In this document: one piece after another, positions 18,676-26,577 of the stretch
Layout: every line of letters begins with the position of its first letter
Numbering within the stretch: the first letter of the stretch is position 1
IMG/VR virus record: IMGVR_UViG_3300036784_000007
Location: 1-30,715 of that record
Length of the DNA: 30,715 nt
Origin: a virus
Taxonomy: Duplodnaviria > Caudoviricetes
Direction: 5' to 3' (one strand)
Made by a program: the position numbers and the translations under genes
The notes under the pieces: generated by a model
Told to the model about the DNA's origin: nothing
The model's database searches: none
What the model saw: only the letters and a program-made list of their open reading frames with translations

Positions 18676-20171
18676 TGACGACACCGCAGGCTGAAATCAT
18701 TCAGCTCGGCATAGGGGACACCGTACCCGTTGGGCAGATACTCGCGAACCTGATCCTCATGGGTTTGGTGACCGACATCAACAACCCCAACATGTTCGCC
18801 GCCACCCTGCAGGCATTCCAGCGGCAGGCCGTGCTGACTGTCCCTGTGCTGCAAGGCGTTAAGGGTGATCCCGGTGAACCGTCGTTCGCGCTGCAATGGC
18901 AGAACGACGCCAAGACAGACCCCTCCCAGTTGCCGACAGACCTCGGGGACACTGCGGCCGACAGGGGCAAGTTTTGGATCTTCGGCGTACAGGACGACCT
19001 CGGAAACACTGTTGCCACAACGATGTACGTGTGGTGGGGCACTACGATAGGTTGGCGGCAGCTACCTGTCGGCGCACCAGGACCGCCAGGACCGTACCCG
19101 CTCATCACGCCTCACATCGTCTTGGAGACACCAGGTTCCGGCAACGGGCCTGGCGGCGTCGACTCGTGGATACATGTCGACGGCTCAATGTCGAGCCCGC
19201 AGTTCACCTTTCACATCGCGGCACCCGAAGGTGTGATGGGTCCAAGCGCAGCGCTCGGCACTTGCCCTGACGTTGATTTCACTACGCGGGCGCCGCAACC
19301 CGGTGACACGCTGATCTGCACGGCGCGTAAAACACCTGGTGCGCCAACAGGTTTGACGATCACGACCAACTCGACGGGCGGCACCCTCGGTGCCGGTATC
19401 TACTTCTATAAGGTGACCGCGACCATGACGAACGCGGAAACCCTTGGCAGCAACGAAGTTACAACCGGCAACATCACCGGCACCACAAACTCGGTTGTCC
19501 TCAACTGGACGGCACCGCCCAACGGCGGCGCTACCGGATACAAGATCTACCGGGGCACCGTGCTCGGCCAAGAGAACGTGCTCGTCGGCATCGTAACTAG
19601 TGGCACCGTAACAACTTTCACCGACACGGGCGCAAGCTCGACACCCGCCACCATCCCAAGCGTCGGCGTTGCGGCCGGCCGAAACATCTGGGTGCCGCAG
19701 CCTCAAATACTGCGCCTGCCAACCATGTTCACCATTCCCGAGGCGGCGTTCACGGCAGCGTTTTCCATTGGCGCACCGTCGCATCCGATCTGCGCGTTCG
19801 ATATGCCACCCCGTGCGGATGGGCCGTGGAAGCCGTGGCTGTCCGGTCAGCTAAAAGTGTTGGGCGCCAACATAAGTTTCACGCCGCTACTCGTGGGCGC
19901 GGAGGTCAGGCTAGGTGACCCGACGACCGGCCAACTGATTGCGCGTGGCTACGGAAACTCGTTGGGCTCAGTCACTTTCATTCCGCACACCTCGGACAAC
20001 ACTAACACGTCAACCGCCATGACGCCCACCAACGGTGTCGGGCTCGTGCCCGCGAATCATATTGGGCAACAAGGAACCCTGTACGTGAACCTGATAAACA
20101 CTGGTATGGCAGGCGTTTACGACTTCAACCCTGTCGACGCGCAAATGGGCGCGCTACAGTTGCCGGTGTAA
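18675..20171 (+). CDS. Minor tail protein with short collagen-like G-X-Y segments and an inserted FN3/Ig-like domain
   Basis: GVKGDPGEP and GAPGPPGPYP segments; IPEAAF, WKPW and GAEVRLGDPTTGQLIARG motifs; FN3-like APTGLT...YFYKVTA...VVLNWTAP...GYKIYRG at ~19340-19640. Confidence 0.88.
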   Translation: MTTPQAEIIQLGIGDTVPVGQILANLILMGLVTDINNPNMFAATLQAFQRQAVLTVPVLQGVKGDPGEPSFALQWQNDAKTDPSQLPTDLGDTAADRGKFWIFGVQDDLGNTVATTMYVWWGTTIGWRQLPVGAPGPPGPYPLITPHIVLETPGSGNGPGGVDSWIHVDGSMSSPQFTFHIAAPEGVMGPSAALGTCPDVDFTTRAPQPGDTLICTARKTPGAPTGLTITTNSTGGTLGAGIYFYKVTATMTNAETLGSNEVTTGNITGTTNSVVLNWTAPPNGGATGYKIYRGTVLGQENVLVGIVTSGTVTTFTDTGASSTPATIPSVGVAAGRNIWVPQPQILRLPTMFTIPEAAFTAAFSIGAPSHPICAFDMPPRADGPWKPWLSGQLKVLGANISFTPLLVGAEVRLGDPTTGQLIARGYGNSLGSVTFIPHTSDNTNTSTAMTPTNGVGLVPANHIGQQGTLYVNLINTGMAGVYDFNPVDAQMGALQLPV

Positions 20172-20175
20172 CACT

Positions 20176-21705
20176 GTGCCTAACAAGCTATTAACTAAGC
20201 AGCCGAAGGTCACACATGACCCTACGGTGACGATGAGCAGTGACCCGCTGGCGTTCCTTGGTAGTAATCCGTTCGCTGTGATGACGGAGGAGATTCTTGT
20301 AGGCGCGGTTGATTCATTGCTGACGGCGGTCGACACTGTGACTGGGTTAGCTCTGGAAACCCTTGTGCCGCTTAGCGGTAGCGTCACAGCCAACCTTATG
20401 TCGTTCCTGAATCCGTTGCAGCTCGGCAGCTCCACTTTCACTCCTGCGGGTGCGGCGGAGGCGTTCGTACTCAACATCATCAATCCAACCGGATTGCTCA
20501 CTACCGCAACCTCTTTCGCATCGCTAGTCGCGTCGCTGCCGACAGAGTTTGCGGCGCTCGGCACCGACGGCCTACTGCTTACATCGCAGCTCCCGAACAG
20601 TCTGCTTCAGCTAGCCGAGGCTGACGTAGCTTCGATCATCGCGGCGCCCCCAATCGTCGCAGGCATCCAGACCACCATCGCTGGAATACAAACTGCCATA
20701 ACAACTTTAGAGAACGATCTGCTCGTGGGTCCTAGTATCATCATGGACATTTTTTACAACGAGATCACGGGCGGCAACGCGAGCGGAGTGACCACGGGCC
20801 AATTCACAAGCCAGGTATCAGGTTTGGTGACAAGCGTTGAGACGGCACTGAATTCGGCTAACAAAGCTATCTACGCTGTGCAACAGTTCGGCGGTCTGCT
20901 GCATCAGATCGTGTTCGACCTCGCGGAGCTACCGGCTTACGTTGGTATAGAAGACTTTATCTCCGCGTGGGAAAACATTGCGACTACCGTATGGGACAAC
21001 GTCACCACAGCGCTGTCCCCGAATAACCCTCCCGTGTCGGCGAACATCAGTCAGATCAACGCTCTGTGGGCTCACCTGAATTCCGGTACGTCAGGGATCA
21101 ATTGGGACTTCGCGTCTGCAGCGATGACCGCCAACTATCCCAACACGAGCAACGTCGCGTGGACGCCGCCGAGTGGCTTCTCGCTACCTAGCGTGTCGGG
21201 CAACTACGCGTTAGAGTCAAGTGCCGCACCAGGTATCGGCGTGTTCACCGGCAACCCAAGCAACGCAGCGACCGACCACGGGCTCATCACTAACAAGAAC
21301 CACGTGGGCGCGACCGTCAAAGCTATCCTTAACTACGGTGCGGCCGGTATCTTCATATGCGGCCACGGCACAACAGGTTTGGCTCAGCACGTCCTCATGA
21401 AGCTGGACTACCAAGTGTTCGGCTGGACCCTCTCACTGTTCGTCTCAACGTCACCAAACGTCGGCACAGACGAAGTGTCCTACAGCCTTTCGAGCGTCAG
21501 TGTCGATGATACTATCGCTATCGAATACGACGACGCTGGACACTTCACCATGTACCACAACGGTATGGAGGTCGGAACCCCGTGGGCGGACACCACCAGT
21601 CTCACTCACGGTGCCGGTTGGCGCGAATGCGGAATCTACGAGTACAACAACGGATCAGGCGCAGCCTCAATAGGATTGGGGGCCTTCGTCGCCTATGACT
21701 ACTAG
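20176..21705 (+). CDS. Minor tail protein (helical N-terminal half, beta-sandwich C-terminal domain)
   Basis: Synteny; QPKVTHDP N-terminus; amphipathic helices then a beta-rich C-terminus ending ...THGAGWRECG...FVAYDY. Confidence 0.8.
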   Translation: MPNKLLTKQPKVTHDPTVTMSSDPLAFLGSNPFAVMTEEILVGAVDSLLTAVDTVTGLALETLVPLSGSVTANLMSFLNPLQLGSSTFTPAGAAEAFVLNIINPTGLLTTATSFASLVASLPTEFAALGTDGLLLTSQLPNSLLQLAEADVASIIAAPPIVAGIQTTIAGIQTAITTLENDLLVGPSIIMDIFYNEITGGNASGVTTGQFTSQVSGLVTSVETALNSANKAIYAVQQFGGLLHQIVFDLAELPAYVGIEDFISAWENIATTVWDNVTTALSPNNPPVSANISQINALWAHLNSGTSGINWDFASAAMTANYPNTSNVAWTPPSGFSLPSVSGNYALESSAAPGIGVFTGNPSNAATDHGLITNKNHVGATVKAILNYGAAGIFICGHGTTGLAQHVLMKLDYQVFGWTLSLFVSTSPNVGTDEVSYSLSSVSVDDTIAIEYDDAGHFTMYHNGMEVGTPWADTTSLTHGAGWRECGIYEYNNGSGAASIGLGAFVAYDY

Positions 21706-24700
21706 CTACAACTTCAAACTGGCGTTCTCCGACCAGCGCGCAGAACTGGACGCCGCTGGTGTGCTGCCGCTGTATCCCAAACTGGGACAACTGCATCCGA
21801 AGCTGTGGCGCCTCATGGTGCCGTGGGCCAACGTCACTGCGGGCGGCGGACGTGACTGGTCATTCATAGACAACACCCTCGCCGACATGATGCTGCTAAC
21901 CGGTGCGGACCCGATACTCATCATCGGGCAGAGCATGCCGTCAGGCTGGACCAACGCCATGTATCAAGCGTTCTGCGCCGAGGTCGTAACCCGTTATCAG
22001 CCTGGCGGCGTTGGCATTCCGACGACCGGCAAGTACGCGCCGTTAGCAGGTAGGGGCGCAAGGTATTTCGAGATCTGGAATGAGCAGAACAATCAAAGGT
22101 TCTGGACTGCACCGCTTTCCGCAACCAATTATGTAGCACTGCTGAAGGCTGGACACGACGGCGTCAAGTCGGTGCTCCCCGGCTCACCTACGCCTGGTGT
22201 GGCGCCGACCGGCAATCAGTCTGTCGTCATCTTCGGCGGGATGCAGCACACACAATTCACCGGCCCTTGGTACAACCCGTTCATCGGCGGCGGCTACGGT
22301 ACGACAAGCGAAGACGAGTACACGTTCCTGCAACAGTGTTACGCCGCAGCGACCGCAGCCGGATACAGCCTCGGCAGCATTTTCGATGCGCTCGCAACCC
22401 ACGTCTATCCCTGGAATGACCTCGCCATCAACGGGGATTACTTTGGCGGCGTACAGATTCCAGGCTTACTGAGCGATGGGTCGTTGATCGCCACAGCTCT
22501 CATCACCGGCACCGGCCAAGTCAACCTAACCACGCCAGCGCAGAACGGTGTCATGGCAGGGCAGGCCAACATATCAGGCACCGGCAGCGTAACCCGTTAC
22601 AGGCCAGCAGGTCCCACGCCTAACGTCAAGATGGACAGCTTTCAACAGATACTAGCCATGCGGTCACTGATGGTCCAAAACGGTGACGGCGCAAAGAAAA
22701 TGATGATAACGGAGCTAGGCTACGGGATGCTCGACGTACCCGGTATCACCACAGCTCTCCAAAAGACTTGGGTGCAAGCCTGTTTCGACATTCTCAACAG
22801 CGCACCGTTCGTCTCGTTCATCGACACAGTGTGCGTGTACAGCGGCGTGGACGCTACCAACAGCACCACAGCGGACGGCTCGACCGGCTACGGTGCGCTG
22901 GACTACCTCGGCAACCCGAGGGACCTGTACTACTGGCTACTCGGGCTCGTGCCAACTATGAATGGCGGTGGCGCGCTTAATGGTTCAGCCATCATCACCG
23001 GCACTGGCGCGATCGGTCCCGTAGCCGCTGGCGTGATGAACGCTGCCGCAACCATCAAAGGTGCTGGCAGCGTAGGCGTTTCAGGTGGAATCGCTTTCGC
23101 CAACATCACCGGCACTGGAGTGGTCACGGCAGGTTTGACGGCACGCGCCACTATCACAGGGTCGGGTGTCGTCGGCGAAGGCGTACCCGGCGAGGTCGGT
23201 GTCGTCGGCGTGATAGGCCAAGGGGCGCTTAATGCTTCGGCCGCTATCGCTGGTGCTGGTGCCGTTACCGGCATCCCGGCGGGCGGCGCTATGGCCGCTT
23301 CCGCTGCTATCACTGGTACGGGTGTCGTCGGCGTCGTCGGTTCCGGTGCCATGACCGCGCTAGCCACATGGGCGAACACAGAGCTACTCGCTTTGTTCGG
23401 CAGCGGCTCGATCAACGTTCAAGCTGCCATAGGTGGTTCCGGCCCGAATGTCCTTGGCGGACAGGGCACTATCAACGGCCTGGCGGCTATCAACGGTGCG
23501 GGTGTCGTCGGTGACGTAGCCGTAGGATCGCCTACCGTACTAGCCACTATTCACGGCGCGGGCCTTGTCGGCGCGAAAACTGGTGGCGCACTTAACGCTT
23601 CAGCCAGCATCACGGGTACCGGCACGATGGCAGCGACCGATGGGGGATCATTGAACGCCACGGCAACGATCACCGGGACTGGTGTGGTTGGCAAGGTTGG
23701 TGGCGGCGTAATGACCGCTACCGCAACAGTTTCCGGCAATCTCGTGTCATCCGCTATGAAAGCGTTCTGGATTGGCACCGCTCCCGCAATGGGCGGAACA
23801 GGTCAGAGCACCAATGGTGTTTGCAACATGGACAATCCGTGGATCGGCACCGCAGACCTCGCGAGCGGCACCGACCCACGCATCCCGCTCTCGGATGACA
23901 TAACCATCACGAAGCTAACGGTGTGGGTCACCACAGCACCAGGCGCGGGCTCTAGTTGGATCTTCTCCGTTCGCTCGGGTACAACGAGCGCCTGCTCGAA
24001 CACGTCGGCGTCGGTGACGATCAGCGGCACCAACACAACAGCGACTTGGACTGGGACAGTTGCGCTTACGCAGCTCACCCTGATTGACATGGGCGCTACC
24101 GGTACCGGTTCACCCGTGAGCCCCGGCCGTGTGTTCTGGACTATCGAGTACAAGACGGCTGGCAACTGGTATCTGCTACCCGCGACGAACATGGGCAACC
24201 CCAACAACTCGAACACAACCGAATACGATCCGCCCAATGGTGGCACCAACACCACACCGTCGACCACCGACGCGACGGCGATGGAAGTCCTTGTGCCAAC
24301 AGCATGTACGGTGACGAAGATCGCCGCCTACTCGCCGTTTGGCAACGGTGGCGGCGGCAGTACGAACACGTTCAGCGTGCGCAAGAACAACACGACTGAC
24401 AGCTCATTCTCTGCGAGCTTCAACACCAACGACGCCGTATCTTCTGCTGGCACACTAGCTTTCGCGCAGGGCGACACGATGGTTGTGAAGCAGGTCAAGG
24501 GTCCGTCGTCGGCGTGGTCATACCAAAGTACTTGCATGACAATAGTTCCCAACAACGCGGGCGAGATCATCGTCCCGTTCGGCAACCTCAACGCACCATC
24601 CACAAGCGCCGTCAACTACGAAGCGCCGCAAGGCCACGGGTTAGGTTGGAACGCAACAGAATCCGCTGTGCAAATGAAGTTCAATGCTTGCACGCTAAAA

Positions 24701-24943
24701 GATCTCGCGTCGAAACTGGTGACCGCGCCAGGCACCGGCAAGTCACGAGCACTGACGGTACGCAAGAACGCCGCCGATACAACACTGACATGCACCACAA
24801 GCGACACAAACACCACAGCCAGCGACACCACGCACACAGTGTCAGTGTCCGATGGTGACCTAATCAGCGTGTCGGAAACACCATCCGGCACGCCCGCCGC
24901 CAGCAACGGCCTAAAGCTCGGGCTCGTGTGCGTGCCCGTGTAA
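21695..24943 (+). CDS. Putative tail-associated glycoside hydrolase (clan GH-A, GH5/GH39-like) with Gly/Ala/Thr repeat stalk and three C-terminal beta repeats
   Basis: RLMVPW, DWSFID, YFEIWNEQN (acid/base Glu), DALATHVYP, MMITELGY (nucleophile Glu) and YGAL motifs; about 14 repeats of A-x-I-x-G-x-G-x-V; three ~130-aa C-terminal repeats. Confidence 0.85.
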   Translation: MTTSYNFKLAFSDQRAELDAAGVLPLYPKLGQLHPKLWRLMVPWANVTAGGGRDWSFIDNTLADMMLLTGADPILIIGQSMPSGWTNAMYQAFCAEVVTRYQPGGVGIPTTGKYAPLAGRGARYFEIWNEQNNQRFWTAPLSATNYVALLKAGHDGVKSVLPGSPTPGVAPTGNQSVVIFGGMQHTQFTGPWYNPFIGGGYGTTSEDEYTFLQQCYAAATAAGYSLGSIFDALATHVYPWNDLAINGDYFGGVQIPGLLSDGSLIATALITGTGQVNLTTPAQNGVMAGQANISGTGSVTRYRPAGPTPNVKMDSFQQILAMRSLMVQNGDGAKKMMITELGYGMLDVPGITTALQKTWVQACFDILNSAPFVSFIDTVCVYSGVDATNSTTADGSTGYGALDYLGNPRDLYYWLLGLVPTMNGGGALNGSAIITGTGAIGPVAAGVMNAAATIKGAGSVGVSGGIAFANITGTGVVTAGLTARATITGSGVVGEGVPGEVGVVGVIGQGALNASAAIAGAGAVTGIPAGGAMAASAAITGTGVVGVVGSGAMTALATWANTELLALFGSGSINVQAAIGGSGPNVLGGQGTINGLAAINGAGVVGDVAVGSPTVLATIHGAGLVGAKTGGALNASASITGTGTMAATDGGSLNATATITGTGVVGKVGGGVMTATATVSGNLVSSAMKAFWIGTAPAMGGTGQSTNGVCNMDNPWIGTADLASGTDPRIPLSDDITITKLTVWVTTAPGAGSSWIFSVRSGTTSACSNTSASVTISGTNTTATWTGTVALTQLTLIDMGATGTGSPVSPGRVFWTIEYKTAGNWYLLPATNMGNPNNSNTTEYDPPNGGTNTTPSTTDATAMEVLVPTACTVTKIAAYSPFGNGGGGSTNTFSVRKNNTTDSSFSASFNTNDAVSSAGTLAFAQGDTMVVKQVKGPSSAWSYQSTCMTIVPNNAGEIIVPFGNLNAPSTSAVNYEAPQGHGLGWNATESAVQMKFNACTLKDLASKLVTAPGTGKSRALTVRKNAADTTLTCTTSDTNTTASDTTHTVSVSDGDLISVSETPSGTPAASNGLKLGLVCVPV

Positions 24944-24972
24944 AGTGAAACACCATGCGAGAGAAGGGAACA

Positions 24973-25125
24973 ATGTCAGAACCGAATGTCATCGCGAAAA
25001 TCGTGGCAACCGGCAGCGGGGTCTGCCACGACAAGGACGGCAACCAACTCGACCAGCACGGCAACATCGCCGTGCGGGCCGAGGATCTGAAAACCAATGC
25101 ACCACAACAGGAACAGGAGAAGTAA
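24973..25125 (+). CDS. Hypothetical 50-aa protein (MSEPNVIAKIVATGSGVCHDKDGNQLDQHGNIAVRAEDLKTNAPQQEQEK), not in the ORF track
   Basis: GAGAAGGGAA RBS before ATG 24973; its TAA directly abuts the next ATG at 25126. Confidence 0.75.
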   Translation: MSEPNVIAKIVATGSGVCHDKDGNQLDQHGNIAVRAEDLKTNAPQQEQEK

Positions 25126-25524
25126 ATGGCTGACGGAATGAGCGCGGTCAACCTCGCGAACAAGTGGCTTGCGATCTTGCAGGCAGGTACGGCGTTCGCG
25201 TCCGCACCGACAAACCTGTATTTCAAGCTGCACACCGCATCACCGGGCGCATCCGGTGCGACTGCGGCAGCGGCAGGCTCGACCACTCGCGTTGTCGCGC
25301 CGTACGCGGCACCGTCTGCGGGCTCGATGGCTCAGACTGGCACCGCGCCAGGATGGACCAATGGTGGTACGTCCGAGACACTTACGGACATCTCGGTTTG
25401 GGATGCTCTCACGGCGGGTAACTTCCTGTTCAGCTTCGCGCTGACCGCAAGCCAGGCGTGGGTGAACACGAACACGTTCACCATGACGAGCTACTCGTTC
25501 GCCCTGACACCGATTGCGGCGTAA
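25126..25524 (+). CDS. Small tail-fibre-associated structural protein
   Basis: AGGAG RBS; KLHTASPG..G and SVWDALTAGNFL motifs common in actinophage tail-end proteins. Confidence 0.8.
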   Translation: MADGMSAVNLANKWLAILQAGTAFASAPTNLYFKLHTASPGASGATAAAAGSTTRVVAPYAAPSAGSMAQTGTAPGWTNGGTSETLTDISVWDALTAGNFLFSFALTASQAWVNTNTFTMTSYSFALTPIAA

Positions 25525-25962
25525 GTGATTACGGGAGTGGGCGAGGTGGACGTGGCTGTCCATCCGCCTATTCATCATCCGCTGGACCCGTTCGCCGATG
25601 GGCGTCTGATTACTCGCGGCGACGGGACCAGCGTGGAAGTTGTTGTGGCAGACGACCGTATCCTGCTGGACTGCGGATTCCTGTGGGACGTTGTAGCCGA
25701 CCAGGCCGTGTTCCGCTCGCTTGGCGTGAAGCTCACGCCGCCAGTACCGAAGCTCGCATTGGAATCCAACTTCAATGTTGCTGCGGGAGTAGCTGTTGCG
25801 GGCCTCGACTTCCCATCCAACCGGCCAAGCCAGTTCGACACGTATCCGATGTGCCAGCATTGGACGCTGGAGCTGACAATCGGTAACCGCAAGTGCGCGT
25901 ACAAGATTGGCGCGTACCGGCCAAGCATCAACGCGATGGAGGCGACCAGGCATGGCTGCTAA
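25525..25962 (+). CDS. Hypothetical protein, 145 aa
   Basis: GTG abuts the previous stop; operon-like packing. Confidence 0.7.
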   Translation: MITGVGEVDVAVHPPIHHPLDPFADGRLITRGDGTSVEVVVADDRILLDCGFLWDVVADQAVFRSLGVKLTPPVPKLALESNFNVAAGVAVAGLDFPSNRPSQFDTYPMCQHWTLELTIGNRKCAYKIGAYRPSINAMEATRHGC

Positions 25963-26155
25963 CGGTGCTACTCCCGATTGGGAGGAACAGGCAAAGTTCT
26001 GGCAGCTCAAGTACTTTGAGTTGTTGGGACACATGAACTCGGTCATCGTGACGTTGAGCCGTGAATCGCTTACCGCCGCTATGGGATCCAGAATGGCCGC
26101 ACGAGTGAAAGCTGCTGAAGATGCCAACCTACCTAAAGCGAACGCTCGCAGTTAG
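25952..26155 (+). CDS. Hypothetical protein, 67 aa (start ATG 25952)
   Basis: GGAGG at 25938-25942, 9 nt upstream of the ATG; helical sequence WEEQAKFWQLKYFELL. Confidence 0.7.
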   Translation: MAANGATPDWEEQAKFWQLKYFELLGHMNSVIVTLSRESLTAAMGSRMAARVKAAEDANLPKANARS

Positions 26156-26237
26156 CGCAATCCTGTTGTGCTCGTGGGTGCTTGGCGTGGGCCTCGCGGT
26201 TGTTGCGCTGACACGCGAGCAAGATGTTTCGTTCTGA
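26121..26237 (+). CDS. Putative 38-aa single-pass membrane peptide (MPTYLKRTLAVSAILLCSWVLGVGLAVVALTREQDVSF), not in the ORF track
   Basis: Translated by hand; basic N-terminus then about 22 hydrophobic residues; stop lies within palindrome copy 4. RBS is weak. Confidence 0.5.
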   Translation: MPTYLKRTLAVSAILLCSWVLGVGLAVVALTREQDVSF

Positions 26238-26251
26238 GTCATATGACTCAG
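26234..26251. promoter_or_regulatory. Palindromic site copy 4: CTGAGTCA-TA-TGACTCAG
   Basis: Perfect 18-bp palindrome at the convergence point of a + strand ORF and a - strand ORF. Confidence 0.8.
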
Positions 26252-26544
26252 TTGCGAGAAGTCTTGACCCGCTTACCAACACGAGCCACAGCGTGCTTGC
26301 GGCGTGTCGCCTCTGCCTGCGCGTACCGTCGTCGTTCGCCCATCGCGAGTTGCTGCAAGATCTGGTATCGCAGCATCATCTTCGACTGTGTGGCAAGGGG
26401 ACTCGCCATCTCGTCCTGTAGCGTAGGCGGCAACTCATCGCCGAACCACATGCCGTCCGGTGCTCTTTGCATTGTAAAGAAACGCTCGACGGGTAGTGGC
26501 AGCCATTTTTCAGATAGCTCATGTAAGATTCCATTGGTCGTCAT
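26248..26544 (-). CDS. Hypothetical 98-aa protein, the only plausible antisense gene
   Basis: Fills a gap with no convincing + strand gene; preceded by an extended -10 element; basic C-terminal tail. Confidence 0.65.
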   Translation of the reverse strand: MTTNGILHELSEKWLPLPVERFFTMQRAPDGMWFGDELPPTLQDEMASPLATQSKMMLRYQILQQLAMGERRRYAQAEATRRKHAVARVGKRVKTSRN

Positions 26545-26551
26545 ACCGGCC

Positions 26552-26560
26552 AGAATAGCA
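26552..26560 (-). promoter_or_regulatory. Extended -10 promoter TGC-TATTCT for a leaderless transcript
   Basis: Minus strand reads TGC TATTCT GGCCGGT ATG: TGn-TANNNT with the ATG 7 nt downstream and no Shine-Dalgarno. Confidence 0.55.
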
Positions 26561-26577
26561 GACAGGGTAAGGGTTTA

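Noticed and set aside
21695-24943. Diversity-generating retroelement target or invertible tail-fibre cassette
   Set aside because: No reverse transcriptase, invertase or near-identical nucleotide repeat pair was seen. The repeats are degenerate and at protein level.
24945-25133. 62-aa ORF in the track
   Set aside because: The alternative frame 24973..25125 has the RBS and abuts the next gene exactly.
1950-26127. Long minus-strand ORFs such as 1950..2600, 6297..6938, 7241..8095, 14977..15570 and 25240..26127
   Set aside because: They lie antisense to well-supported genes, are expected in GC-rich DNA, and show no recognisable motifs.
355-26251. Palindrome copies interpreted as CRISPR repeats, IS ends or eukaryotic AP-1 (TGAGTCA) sites
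   Set aside because: Copies are kilobases apart with no spacers, cas genes, transposase or target duplications. The AP-1 match is irrelevant in a phage.
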